The notes under the pieces: generated by a model
Database searches by the model: none
What the model saw: only the letters and a program-made list of their open reading frames with translations
What the model was told of the DNA's origin: nothing
Program-made: the position numbers and the translations under genes
Assembly: GCA_043778225.1 (NCBI GenBank)
Contig: JAYWGM010000032.1
Location: 32,001 to 96,000, forward strand
DNA: 64,000 bases
Direction: 5' to 3'
Source: Deinococcales bacterium
Lineage (GTDB): Bacteria > Deinococcota > Deinococci > Deinococcales > JAAFIG01
Part shown: piece after piece, positions 36,168-45,310 of the stretch
How positions within the stretch are numbered: the stretch's first letter is position 1
How the letters are laid out: each line of letters opens with the position of its first letter

Positions 36168-38731
36168 GATTGCACCTCAAGTCTTTGTTGGGCTGCCGCT
36201 CGTACCAAACGATTAGCATCGGTGGCTAATTGCTCGAGAATGGCGACTGGTGTATTTGGATTATTTGCCACTGCCAAGCGTTCGCGCCACTCTGGGCTTT
36301 GGGCGTTGCGGCGTTTACAAATTTCCGAGACTCGAGTTGTTAAACCAAGCGCCACAAGGCGATTGAGGCTACTCGAGCGCAGGCTTTCGTCCAAGATATA
36401 GCGCTGGGCGGTGGCACGCAAATTTGGCTCGAGGGCTGGGCTAGAGAGGGCGGCGCGGCGCACCAGAATATCATCGTCGCGCATCAGATGAGACAGCAGT
36501 TTTGGGGTGGTGTTGGGGTGCTTGGCAATTTGGGCGCGAACATCGCGGTCTGGGTCGGTCAGCAGGGTCTCGAGTTGGGCGGGCGTACAATGTTGGTTGC
36601 CAGCCGCTGCCAGCCGAACTTGCCACATTTCGTGACGTAAACACAATTCAAGGTTTGGCAACAAGGCGGTTGGGGGGAGATGTTGCAAGACCAATGGAAT
36701 CTCGAGTAAAGGCTCGAGTTCTTGGGGCGTGAAGGGCAGACCAGCCTCGAGTTTTTGGCGCAGTGCCAAGTATTCTTGGGGGATGCACTCGAGGACTGAA
36801 TCGTCTTCGTCCCAACAAAGGATTTCAAAAGCCACGCCGCGTTGTGCCACCGCACAGCGCACCAGCGCATCCGCATCGGTCGCAAGGCGCTTGAGGGTAG
36901 CCGTATTGGCTCGAGTGGCAACGGCGACACGAACATCACGGTCGGCATCTTCGGCTAATTGCTCAAGCAGGGCGGGTGGCAAGCTCGGGTTCAAGACCAA
37001 AGCCAGCCGAATCTTAAAATCATCGTGGGTCAAGAACCAAGTCATGATTTCGTGGCTTAAATTGCCGTGGCTGGCAACCAAGCGCTTGGCAAGGTCGTTG
37101 CCGCGCCGTGCGACAAACTCGAGCCAACTGACACTCAGGTTTGGGTCGTGGGTCTGAAGTTGGTGTAAGACTTGCGGCAGCCGCAACTCGACCCCAAGGG
37201 CATAGAGTGCCACCAGTGGATTAGCATTGACGTTGCCAACGGCTGATTCACGCACATCAGCATCGGGGTCTTGGGACAGTTGCTCGAGGGTTATGGTCGG
37301 GCAGCGCGGATGGGCAGCAATGTTGCGCCGCACTTGCCAATTGGAATTCTTGGCTAAATCCTCGAGTAAGCGCTTAGATAATCCCAAATGGGCAGATAGG
37401 CTTTCGGTCACTCGAGTATCGATATGGGTTGCCAATTGACTTAAAATGAAGTCTGGCAAATGTGGGCGCTCGAGCAGTGACAACAGCACCTCAACATCTG
37501 GGTCATCGAGTAAATCCTCGAGCATTCGTTGTGGTGTTTTTGGGTTTCTTGCGACCGCAATTCGTACTTCGGATTCTTCGTTTTTGGCAAAAGTCTCGAG
37601 GAGTTTTGGGCTGATGTTGGGGTGTGCTGCCACCAAAGCTGCCATCCAGCGCGGTAACTGCTCGAGGTCGGTCAGGTGTGGGTCTTTATTTTCAAGCTGC
37701 TCGAGTAGGCGTACCGTTTTGGGAGGTGCATTTTTGTTGCTCCGAGCCGCTAAGCGCACCGCTTCGTGCGAATCTGCCAGTAAGTTCTCTAAAATGGTGC
37801 TGCTGCTGCTTGGGTTGGCAGCTATCGCTTGGCGGACATCGCGGTCGTGGTCGGCTGCCAAACGCACCAACACAAGGCTGGGCGTTTTTGGGTTTTTTGC
37901 CACATCTTGGCGCACCCGCCAGTCATCGTCTTGGGCAAGCTGGGTCAAAACTTTTTTGGTTATATTGCTGTGTTGTACTGCCAAACGTCGAGCGCGGACT
38001 GAGCCGCTTGCTAACCTATTAAAATCCCGAGCGCTTTTTAATCGAAGTTGCTCGGCACGTATAACAAAATCCGAGACCTGATTGGCTTGAGCCATTTTTG
38101 CCACGGTTTCATCTTCGTCAAATGCCAGCATCTCGAGAACGGTGTCAGATAAATCTGGACGCATGGCGACAAATGTTCGCAATTCTGTATCGTAATCGGC
38201 GGCTAAAACCGCCAAAACCTCTGGCTCGAGTGCCAAGCCAGCCGCCAGAACATCCTTAAATAATTCGCTGTTGCGCTCCAGTTCATGCAGTGACATCGGT
38301 TTGGCTTGGTGTGAATTTGCCACATGACCCAAAATGGCATCCGCGACTCGAGCCTCTGCATTGCCAAGCCAATTTTTGAGCAGACTGGCTGGCAGATTTG
38401 GATTGCGTAAAGCGGCTAACTGCGCTTCTATACCCAAACGCTCGGCTGCCTCGAGCCACCCACTCGGACAGCTTTTTGCGCCCAACAAGGCAAAACTGGC
38501 ATACGTTGGCAACTGTTCAAACCAAGCTGGATTTTCAAAACGCAACCAATCCAGCACTGGATTCTCGAGAACTGCCTCGGGGTAGAGGGCTGCTAACCTC
38601 GAGAGTACAGCTTCGGGGGTATTTGGATTTTTAGCAACTGCCAGCCGCACCACCAAGGCTCGAGCCAGCGCCAACTGCTCGAGGATTTTTTGGCTGGTCT
38701 GCGGATTTTGGGCTTGCTCGAGGTCAGTCAT
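36164..38731 (-). CDS. Leucine-rich-variant (LRV)/HEAT-like repeat protein
   Basis: Many copies of VRxxVAxNPxTPxxxLxxLAxD. Confidence 0.88.
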   Translation of the reverse strand: MTDLEQAQNPQTSQKILEQLALARALVVRLAVAKNPNTPEAVLSRLAALYPEAVLENPVLDWLRFENPAWFEQLPTYASFALLGAKSCPSGWLEAAERLGIEAQLAALRNPNLPASLLKNWLGNAEARVADAILGHVANSHQAKPMSLHELERNSELFKDVLAAGLALEPEVLAVLAADYDTELRTFVAMRPDLSDTVLEMLAFDEDETVAKMAQANQVSDFVIRAEQLRLKSARDFNRLASGSVRARRLAVQHSNITKKVLTQLAQDDDWRVRQDVAKNPKTPSLVLVRLAADHDRDVRQAIAANPSSSSTILENLLADSHEAVRLAARSNKNAPPKTVRLLEQLENKDPHLTDLEQLPRWMAALVAAHPNISPKLLETFAKNEESEVRIAVARNPKTPQRMLEDLLDDPDVEVLLSLLERPHLPDFILSQLATHIDTRVTESLSAHLGLSKRLLEDLAKNSNWQVRRNIAAHPRCPTITLEQLSQDPDADVRESAVGNVNANPLVALYALGVELRLPQVLHQLQTHDPNLSVSWLEFVARRGNDLAKRLVASHGNLSHEIMTWFLTHDDFKIRLALVLNPSLPPALLEQLAEDADRDVRVAVATRANTATLKRLATDADALVRCAVAQRGVAFEILCWDEDDSVLECIPQEYLALRQKLEAGLPFTPQELEPLLEIPLVLQHLPPTALLPNLELCLRHEMWQVRLAAAGNQHCTPAQLETLLTDPDRDVRAQIAKHPNTTPKLLSHLMRDDDILVRRAALSSPALEPNLRATAQRYILDESLRSSSLNRLVALGLTTRVSEICKRRNAQSPEWRERLAVANNPNTPVAILEQLATDANRLVRAAAQQRLEVQS

Positions 38732-39729
38732 CAGGCACCTGTCAATTCATTGATTTCACGAATAAATTCTTTCAGGCGCGGTTCTTGGTTCACCAAACCA
38801 ATCAAGCTACCAAGCTGCTCGGTGGCTCGCAGTTTTGCTAAAGCATCCATGGTGTAAAAATGCACCCACTCAACTTCGGCTTTGTCTACCAACCACTTAA
38901 AGGCGTTTAGCACTTGGTTTACACCGTTTCCTCGAGCCGCCAAACCAATCGTTACGGCATAACGCGCACTGGGTTCTTCTGGAAACTCGAGGTTGGTTGC
39001 GCCGCCCAAAATCGCATCGATTTCGGGGAGGCTCGAGTAAATCCGTTCAAAGGCTCTAAACTCGGCTTCTGTGCCTTCGCCCACGGCTGGAGCAATTGGC
39101 AAATTTGCCGACATCAAGCGCGAAGCCATCTCCCAACTGCGTGGACTTGCCCAAGCTGGACGGGCTGGGTCTGGGGCGTGCAGCAAACTTGGTCGGAATG
39201 CCAAAAAGGCAATGATTCGTTCGTTTAGATTTTTATCTAAAGCATAGGACTTAAAACTGTCCAAATCTGGCTTCATCTCGAGGTGCAAAAACCGATTGGC
39301 GAGTGGCGCAGGCATTTCAAAGACACTGGCGCGGTCTTCGCGGCGGTTGCCGGCTGCCCAGACAAACCAGCCATCTGGAAGGGTGTACGAACCAACTTTT
39401 CGGTCTAAAATAAGTTGCTGGGCGATGCCCTGCATGGTCGGGGCTGCCATGTTGAGTTCGTCTAAAAAAAGAATCCCAGCCCCAGAAGTTGGCAAAAACT
39501 CCGGCGGAAACCATTTGGCAGTGCCATTTTCGGCGACCGGTAAGCCACGTAAATCGGTTGGCGCAAGCTGTGAAAGGCGGACATCCACAAAATCTAGCGC
39601 TTGCGCTCGAGCCACTTGCTGCACAATGCTGCTTTTGCCGATGCCGGGTGCGCCCCAAATCATGACGGCGAGTTTGACATCGTTAGAAATTAATTGATTC
39701 AAAAAATTTTGTAACTCGAGTGGGGTCAT
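38731..39729 (-). CDS. MoxR-like AAA+ ATPase
   Basis: GAPGIGKS, LFLDE, AAGN, PLANRF; RBS AGGAG before MTPLE. Confidence 0.9.
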   Translation of the reverse strand: MTPLELQNFLNQLISNDVKLAVMIWGAPGIGKSSIVQQVARAQALDFVDVRLSQLAPTDLRGLPVAENGTAKWFPPEFLPTSGAGILFLDELNMAAPTMQGIAQQLILDRKVGSYTLPDGWFVWAAGNRREDRASVFEMPAPLANRFLHLEMKPDLDSFKSYALDKNLNERIIAFLAFRPSLLHAPDPARPAWASPRSWEMASRLMSANLPIAPAVGEGTEAEFRAFERIYSSLPEIDAILGGATNLEFPEEPSARYAVTIGLAARGNGVNQVLNAFKWLVDKAEVEWVHFYTMDALAKLRATEQLGSLIGLVNQEPRLKEFIREINELTGA

Positions 39730-39830
39730 GGGTTCTCCTAGAATTCGCGCCCATGGTACGCACTGGACAGCCCTGTGGTGTGCGGTGCAATACATTTTAA
39801 GATGTGTGTATCTACCAAAAAATTCATACT

Positions 39831-40079
39831 TTATTTTTTCGGAAAAAGAGGAGTATGAAAAGATTCAATAATCTCTTGAGAAGTGTTTTCAAAATCATCG
39901 CTAATTTGAATTTTCCCTTCGAGAAAACCAATTCGTCTTGGCTTAGGGTTTTGACGAACTGGGCTGACTCGAGCCAGTGTGTGTCCATCCCGAGTCAGTA
40001 CGACTTCCTCACCATGTGCCACACGGTCGAGTAAAGCGGTAAGCTGAGAATCTGGATTGACAATTTCAAGGGTGGTCAT
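39831..40079 (-). CDS. Orphan Phd/YefM-type antitoxin
   Basis: LTALLDRVAHGEEVVLTRDG..RRIGFLEGKIQISDDF; TACAAT 6 nt before ATG; no toxin follows. Confidence 0.85.
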   Translation of the reverse strand: MTTLEIVNPDSQLTALLDRVAHGEEVVLTRDGHTLARVSPVRQNPKPRRIGFLEGKIQISDDFENTSQEIIESFHTPLFPKK

Positions 40080-40133
40080 AGAAGCATTGTACTCGAGAAA
40101 TCAAGAAATACATCAAGAGACTGATGAAGTTCA

Positions 40134-40182
40134 CTCGAGAAAATAAAAAAAGCAGCCTTGGCAGACTGCCCTTTGGCTCGAG
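40134..40182. repeat. Direct repeat copy 1 (minus-strand terminator bounded by CTCGAG)
   Basis: CTCGAGAAAATAAAAAAAGCAGCCTTGGCAGACTGCCCTTTGGCTCGAG. Confidence 0.9.
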
Positions 40183-40190
40183 ATACAAAT

Positions 40191-40589
40191 TTAAGGTAGC
40201 AACTCCAAATAATCTAAATAAAGTGGTTTAACAACACGAAAATGTCTTCGGTCTAAGGTCAGCACTTTGCGAATACGGTAACGTTCTGCAAGTGCGACAA
40301 TACTTGCATCCACAAAACCAAGCGGTAAATCTTGGTAATACCGTCTAATCTGATTGACTCGTTCTAAATCCAATTGGTCAAAGGTCAGTAACTCATTATT
40401 TTTAACAACCCGCTCAAAAAAAGTTTTTGCGGTATCTTCACCAAGGTACTTACAAAGAAAATAGTCCACTTCGCATAGTACAGAAGTTGGTACAAGCAAA
40501 CCTTGTGTTTCAAAAGACTTGACGGCTAAGTGATATTTGTCGGTTGCATCAATCATGGCGATTAAAGCCCCTGTATCACACAAAATCAT
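40191..40589 (-). CDS. vapC: VapC PIN-domain toxin
   Basis: ILCDTGAL..CEVDY..FVDASIVALAE..TLDRRHF. Confidence 0.92.
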   Translation of the reverse strand: MILCDTGALIAMIDATDKYHLAVKSFETQGLLVPTSVLCEVDYFLCKYLGEDTAKTFFERVVKNNELLTFDQLDLERVNQIRRYYQDLPLGFVDASIVALAERYRIRKVLTLDRRHFRVVKPLYLDYLELLP

Positions 40590-40813
40590 CTGTCTCGCTC
40601 GAGCGGATGGTCGGCAAAAAGCAGTTCATCTACCCGTTCAGATAAATCACCAATGCCAGAAGCACCAATGCCAGCCCATGAAATTCTGGGTTGTGTCGAT
40701 TCGAGCAAAACGATTTCTTGTTGCCCTAAAGAAAGTTGTAACTGCCTAAGCAACTCGGTGCGTTCATAAAAAGAGAGTTGAGTCATTTCTTTTTGTAACT
40801 CGAGGAAGCTCAT
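40586..40813 (-). CDS. VapB-type antitoxin
   Basis: GIGASGIGDLSERVDELL tail; ATGA overlap with vapC. Confidence 0.8.
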   Translation of the reverse strand: MSFLELQKEMTQLSFYERTELLRQLQLSLGQQEIVLLESTQPRISWAGIGASGIGDLSERVDELLFADHPLERDR

Positions 40814-40849
40814 GGTTTTATTGTGGCACAAGAAGCTGAATAAAGTCTA

Positions 40850-40899
40850 CTCGAGAAACTAAAAAAGAGCAGCCTTGGCAGACTGCCCTTTGGCTCGAG
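40850..40899. repeat. Direct repeat copy 2
   Basis: CTCGAGAAACTAAAAAAGAGCAGCCTTGGCAGACTGCCCTTTGGCTCGAG. Confidence 0.9.
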
Positions 40900-40905
40900 G
40901 TGGGT

Positions 40906-42381
40906 TTAGTACAAATTATTCTGATTCAGAAGTAAGACTTGTTCTATTGTCCAAGTTGTGGCTTGCGGTTTGAAATCCAAAGAAACTGGTTGGCTCGAGA
41001 CTGCAATTGTGGGTTTGACCCCAAGGCTTTCGAGGGCTTTCTCGAGTGGCTCATCGCGCCCCGTGTTAAAGAGCTTAAATTCAAAATTTTCGGTTAGTAT
41101 GTCTGGTTTGACTTGGGCTGGCAATGGAATACCATCTTTCCAGACAGCTTGGATGGTAGGCATTCCAGCCGCGCCACCGTTTGCCAGTCCAAAACGTGCC
41201 GTGTTTGTATTGCCAATACCGACAGTCGGTGAACCAAAAACTTGGGCGCGTTTGGCTTTTTGGATATAAGAAGCAAAGTATTCACAGCCCGAGGCACAAC
41301 CGCCATCCACCAAAACCGCTAGAGGTCCTTTGTACACAACGGGGTTGTTAATTTGTAGACTTGTGATTTCAACTTCTTTTAAGTTGCGGGCAAAAACCTT
41401 ACCTGCATTGTAACCCCATTCGATGGTGTTGCGGTCTGGATTATAGCGGGTGATCCAACGCATGAGGTCTGGAGTCTCAACAAATGCACCGACCGAAGCA
41501 ATGGTCTCGAGAACGCTACCACCACCATTGCTGCGTTCGTTAAAAATAATTCCTTTGGCATTTTTTGCAACCGCTTCTTTGACCAATTCATGAAGTTTTT
41601 GAGCCACACCATTGATTTGGTAGTCCTTCATGGTAATCACCGCAATACCATCTGGTCGTAGCTCGAGTCCGGGTTGCTCGGAGGTATTAATCAGTTCACC
41701 TTTTAAGGGAAGCTCGAGTTTTTGACGATTTATGCCACGCATCAATACCATTTTGATGGTTTCACCCGCCCGCACTTTTGTGGTGAAATCGTTGTAGGCT
41801 TTATTTAAGTTTTCGACATTGCCATCAAAACTCGAGAAAAGAATGTCGTTATAGCCTATCCAACGGTCGCCATATTTGATGCCAGCCTTATCGGCAGGGG
41901 CATCTTTGACCACATTGGCAATAAAACGGTCGCCAATCAGCTTGCTGGTCAAAGTCCCTTTTTCATCGGTGGTACAACGACCTGTTGGTGTTTCACAAAA
42001 ATTTTGTAAAGTAATGCCAACTCGAGGCGTGGGACTGGTCTGCGTACCACTGCGGTTGGCATTTTCGGCAGCCACATTGGCAGCCGATAAATAATAGGTG
42101 TGGAAATCCTCAAAATCGGCAAACATTTGCTCGAGCAGTGGCTCTATTTTTTCATAACCACATTTTTCTTTAAGTTCGGCACAAACCTCGTCTACTTTAG
42201 TTTGGTATTTAAGAATTAAGGCTTGGATATTGATCGTACTTGGACCAAAATACTGAGTTTCAAAAAAGAAACTGGCTTGGTCAAATAAATCTTGGGCGGG
42301 GCTACCAATATATTTTTGTGCCACCGAGGCACTACAGAGGCTCAGTACAACGGTTACAACCAATCGAATCAGGTTTTTCAT
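40906..42381 (-). CDS. S41 family peptidase with PDZ domain (paralog 4)
   Basis: Signal peptide, PADKAGIKYGD, RSNGGG, CASGCE. Confidence 0.88.
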   Translation of the reverse strand: MKNLIRLVVTVVLSLCSASVAQKYIGSPAQDLFDQASFFFETQYFGPSTINIQALILKYQTKVDEVCAELKEKCGYEKIEPLLEQMFADFEDFHTYYLSAANVAAENANRSGTQTSPTPRVGITLQNFCETPTGRCTTDEKGTLTSKLIGDRFIANVVKDAPADKAGIKYGDRWIGYNDILFSSFDGNVENLNKAYNDFTTKVRAGETIKMVLMRGINRQKLELPLKGELINTSEQPGLELRPDGIAVITMKDYQINGVAQKLHELVKEAVAKNAKGIIFNERSNGGGSVLETIASVGAFVETPDLMRWITRYNPDRNTIEWGYNAGKVFARNLKEVEITSLQINNPVVYKGPLAVLVDGGCASGCEYFASYIQKAKRAQVFGSPTVGIGNTNTARFGLANGGAAGMPTIQAVWKDGIPLPAQVKPDILTENFEFKLFNTGRDEPLEKALESLGVKPTIAVSSQPVSLDFKPQATTWTIEQVLLLNQNNLY

Positions 42382-42419
42382 CTGTACAAATTATAGCAGG
42401 ATACTTATGAATCAAATGT

Positions 42420-42449
42420 AAAAGGCAGCCCAATAAAAGGCTGCCTTTA
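42420..42449 (-). terminator. Intrinsic terminator
   Basis: AAAGGCAGCC-CAATAAAA-GGCTGCCTTT. Confidence 0.8.
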
Positions 42450-42464
42450 TGCTGCGAGTCAAAC

Positions 42465-43970
42465 TTAATTTTGGCTTTGCAACTCAAATTTTGGATGATA
42501 AGTTGCAGCAGATTTCTCGAGAATTGCTTCGATGGCATTGTAGCCAAAGGTTGGAATTGGGGCAAATGGCACATGAATTTCCAGACTGCTGCCGTTTGTC
42601 TGTAGCGTTTTTACGCCAACTGTCTCGAGGGCTTTGTTCATGCCTTCGTCCGCCCCTGTTTTGAAGACATTAAAAGCAGTTGCCACAAAATCTGGCTTGA
42701 TTTGGGCTGGCAAGCTAATACCATCTGCCCAAAAAGCCCGCAAGGTAGGCATTCCAGCCGCGCCACCATTGGCTAATGGAAAACGAGCCGTGTTGGTGTT
42801 ACCAATGCCAACCGTTGGTTCGCCAATCACCAAAGCACGTTTTGCTTTTTGAAAACTCGAGGAAATGTACTCACAAGCACTGGCGCAACCAGTATCCACC
42901 AAGACTGCCATTGGACCCTCAAAAAGTACGGGTGTTTTAACGGGAAAACTGTTGCCAATTTCTGGACGTGAAACATAACGCTGATAAAATGCACCATTGG
43001 CATAGCCCTCTTCAACGGTGTTCTTATCGGCATTGTAACGCGGTGTACGACGCATTGGGTCTGGGGTCTTCATAAATGCCCCAGTTGCAAACCAGCGCTC
43101 TAAAGCCGAGCCACCACCATTGCCGCGTTGGTTAAAAATAACGCCTTTGAGTCCTTTGCCAGTGGCTTCACGAATCAGGTCGTGAATGCGTTGTCCGATA
43201 CCACTGATTAAGTAATCTGGAACACGTAAAATACCAATGCCATCTGGGCGCAGCTCGAGTTGCGGTACTTCTGAAGTATTGATAATTGCGCCTTTGACAA
43301 CAATATCCAATTTTTGCTTATCTGCACCACGAAGAATTTGCATCGTCACGGTTTCGCTGGCACGGATTTTGGTCGTAAAATCGGCTTGGAACTTGTTAAG
43401 GGCAGCCACGTCACCATTGAGGCTGGCGTACAGTGCGCCGTTATACCCAATCCAACGGTCACCATATTTTAGACCCGCTTTATCAGCAGGTGAATCTTTG
43501 ACCACATTGACCACAAGGCGGTCGCCGTTGATTTTGCTGGTCAAATTTCCAGCACTGTCAAAAGTACATTCACCATCGGCTGTTTCACAAAAAGTACGGT
43601 TGGTAAAGCCAACTCGAGGAGTTGGACTGGTGGCTGTACCACTGCGATTGGCATTTTCGGCAGCCACATTGGCGGCAGATAAATAGTAGGTGTGGTCATC
43701 TTCAAAGTCGGCAAACATTTGTCCGAGCAGTGGCTCGACTTTATCATAACCACACTTTTCTTTAAGTTCGGTACAGGCTTCATCCACTTTGGCTTGGTAC
43801 TTAGCAATGATTTCTTGGACATTAATCGTGCTTGGACCAAAATACTGGGTATCGAGGAAAAACGTGGCTTGGTCGTATAAATCTTGGGCTGGGCTACCCA
43901 AGTATTTCTGCGCTCCTGCCACACTCGAGACAAACAAGGCAGCACTGATGGCGATAACAAACTTTTTCAT
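42465..43970 (-). CDS. S41 family peptidase with PDZ domain (paralog 3)
   Basis: SPADKAGLKYGD, RGNGGG, CASACE; closely similar to paralog 4. Confidence 0.88.
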   Translation of the reverse strand: MKKFVIAISAALFVSSVAGAQKYLGSPAQDLYDQATFFLDTQYFGPSTINVQEIIAKYQAKVDEACTELKEKCGYDKVEPLLGQMFADFEDDHTYYLSAANVAAENANRSGTATSPTPRVGFTNRTFCETADGECTFDSAGNLTSKINGDRLVVNVVKDSPADKAGLKYGDRWIGYNGALYASLNGDVAALNKFQADFTTKIRASETVTMQILRGADKQKLDIVVKGAIINTSEVPQLELRPDGIGILRVPDYLISGIGQRIHDLIREATGKGLKGVIFNQRGNGGGSALERWFATGAFMKTPDPMRRTPRYNADKNTVEEGYANGAFYQRYVSRPEIGNSFPVKTPVLFEGPMAVLVDTGCASACEYISSSFQKAKRALVIGEPTVGIGNTNTARFPLANGGAAGMPTLRAFWADGISLPAQIKPDFVATAFNVFKTGADEGMNKALETVGVKTLQTNGSSLEIHVPFAPIPTFGYNAIEAILEKSAATYHPKFELQSQN

Positions 43971-45310
43971 AATCCTCCTAAGGCTCGAAGTTCTCGAGGC
44001 AGTATGGGTTGGGAAACTAAGGTGCTGGCTTTGCCACTCAGCGCATCGAGCGCTCGCTCGAGCATCGCGTCACGCCCTTGGGCTAAGGCTTCGAGGTCTT
44101 CGGCAAATTCAACATCGGGCTTAACGCGCTCGCTAAATGGTTGTCCGTCTGGACGCAAACTGCGGGCAATCGTCAGCCCAAGTAAACTGTCGTCGGCAAG
44201 CGGAAAAAAACTGGTGGCGGTGTTCAGGATGCCGTAAGTCTCTTCGCCAACCACAATACCGCGCTTGGCATACTGGATATGGGCTGGGAAAACTTCACCA
44301 CAAGATGCACTGTCGCTATTGACCAGCACTGCCACTTTGCCCTTAAATTGGGCTGGGTTAGCAATTGAGTAGACTTCGTTCATTTTCTGACCATTGCCGC
44401 CCGTAACCAAACCATTTTTATAAGCATAGACTGTTTTGCTGTAGCGCTTCTCGAGCGTATTAACCACACCGTCTGGCAAAAATGCACCTTGGGCGCTGGT
44501 ACATTCGGTGGCAACCCCGCCGGGGTTATCGCGTAAATCCACCACAATACTGGTTGCGCCAGCCGTCTGTGCCGCATTGACCAATTCATGGAATTTTGTG
44601 CCAACTTCCTTGAAAGGCGTAAATTCATGGATTCGCAAGACAGCCACATTGGCGGGTAAACCGTTTGGCTTTTTGGCTTCGGGCAACCATGCACTGGCAA
44701 GAAGAATCGGGGTGATGGTTAGTTCGAGTTTTTCTTGGTTGCCTCTGGTGATGCTAAAACGAATTGCTTGTCCACGTTGCTCGAGTGTTGGAATCAGGTT
44801 CTCGTTGGCGCTGCGTGTCCCCGGTAGGGCTTGCCCGTTGATGGCAGTAATCCTATCGCCGCGACGCAGACCCGCCTTGCCAGCCGGACCATCCTCGCGC
44901 ACATCCGTAACCACACGGTCGCCAACCCCACGCAGTTTGGCGGTATTTAACTCGAGGCTTGGCGTACCCGTACCAGCCCCATCAAGCTGACCTGCAAACT
45001 GCTGGGCAACATCGGCTGGAATAAAGTAACTGTGTGGGTCTTGGAGTTCTTGAATCATGCTGGCAATCGGGCGACGCGCCACATCAAAAGGGCAGTTGCT
45101 GGCTTGACCCGTACAAAGCTGGTCTATTTGGGCTTGGTATTTGGCGATTAAGTTACTTAAATTGCTGGTGCTAAAGCCATTATAATTAAATTCGATGTAA
45201 AAACTGGCTTCATCAAATAAATCTTGGGCTGGAGCGCCAATGAATTTTTGTGCGCCAGCCGCACAGGAGAAAGCCAGTGCAGCAGCCATCACCAGTGCCA
45301 AGCGTTTCAT
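43967..45310 (-). CDS. S41 family peptidase with PDZ domain (paralog 2)
   Basis: DPHSY, GPAGKAGLRRGD, DLRDNPGG, SASCGE. Confidence 0.9.
   Translation of the reverse strand: MKRLALVMAAALAFSCAAGAQKFIGAPAQDLFDEASFYIEFNYNGFSTSNLSNLIAKYQAQIDQLCTGQASNCPFDVARRPIASMIQELQDPHSYFIPADVAQQFAGQLDGAGTGTPSLELNTAKLRGVGDRVVTDVREDGPAGKAGLRRGDRITAINGQALPGTRSANENLIPTLEQRGQAIRFSITRGNQEKLELTITPILLASAWLPEAKKPNGLPANVAVLRIHEFTPFKEVGTKFHELVNAAQTAGATSIVVDLRDNPGGVATECTSAQGAFLPDGVVNTLEKRYSKTVYAYKNGLVTGGNGQKMNEVYSIANPAQFKGKVAVLVNSDSASCGEVFPAHIQYAKRGIVVGEETYGILNTATSFFPLADDSLLGLTIARSLRPDGQPFSERVKPDVEFAEDLEALAQGRDAMLERALDALSGKASTLVSQPILPRELRALGGL

Noticed and set aside
36164..38731. DNA tandem repeat or mobile array in the LRV gene
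   Set aside because: Periodicity is at the protein level with diverged codons.
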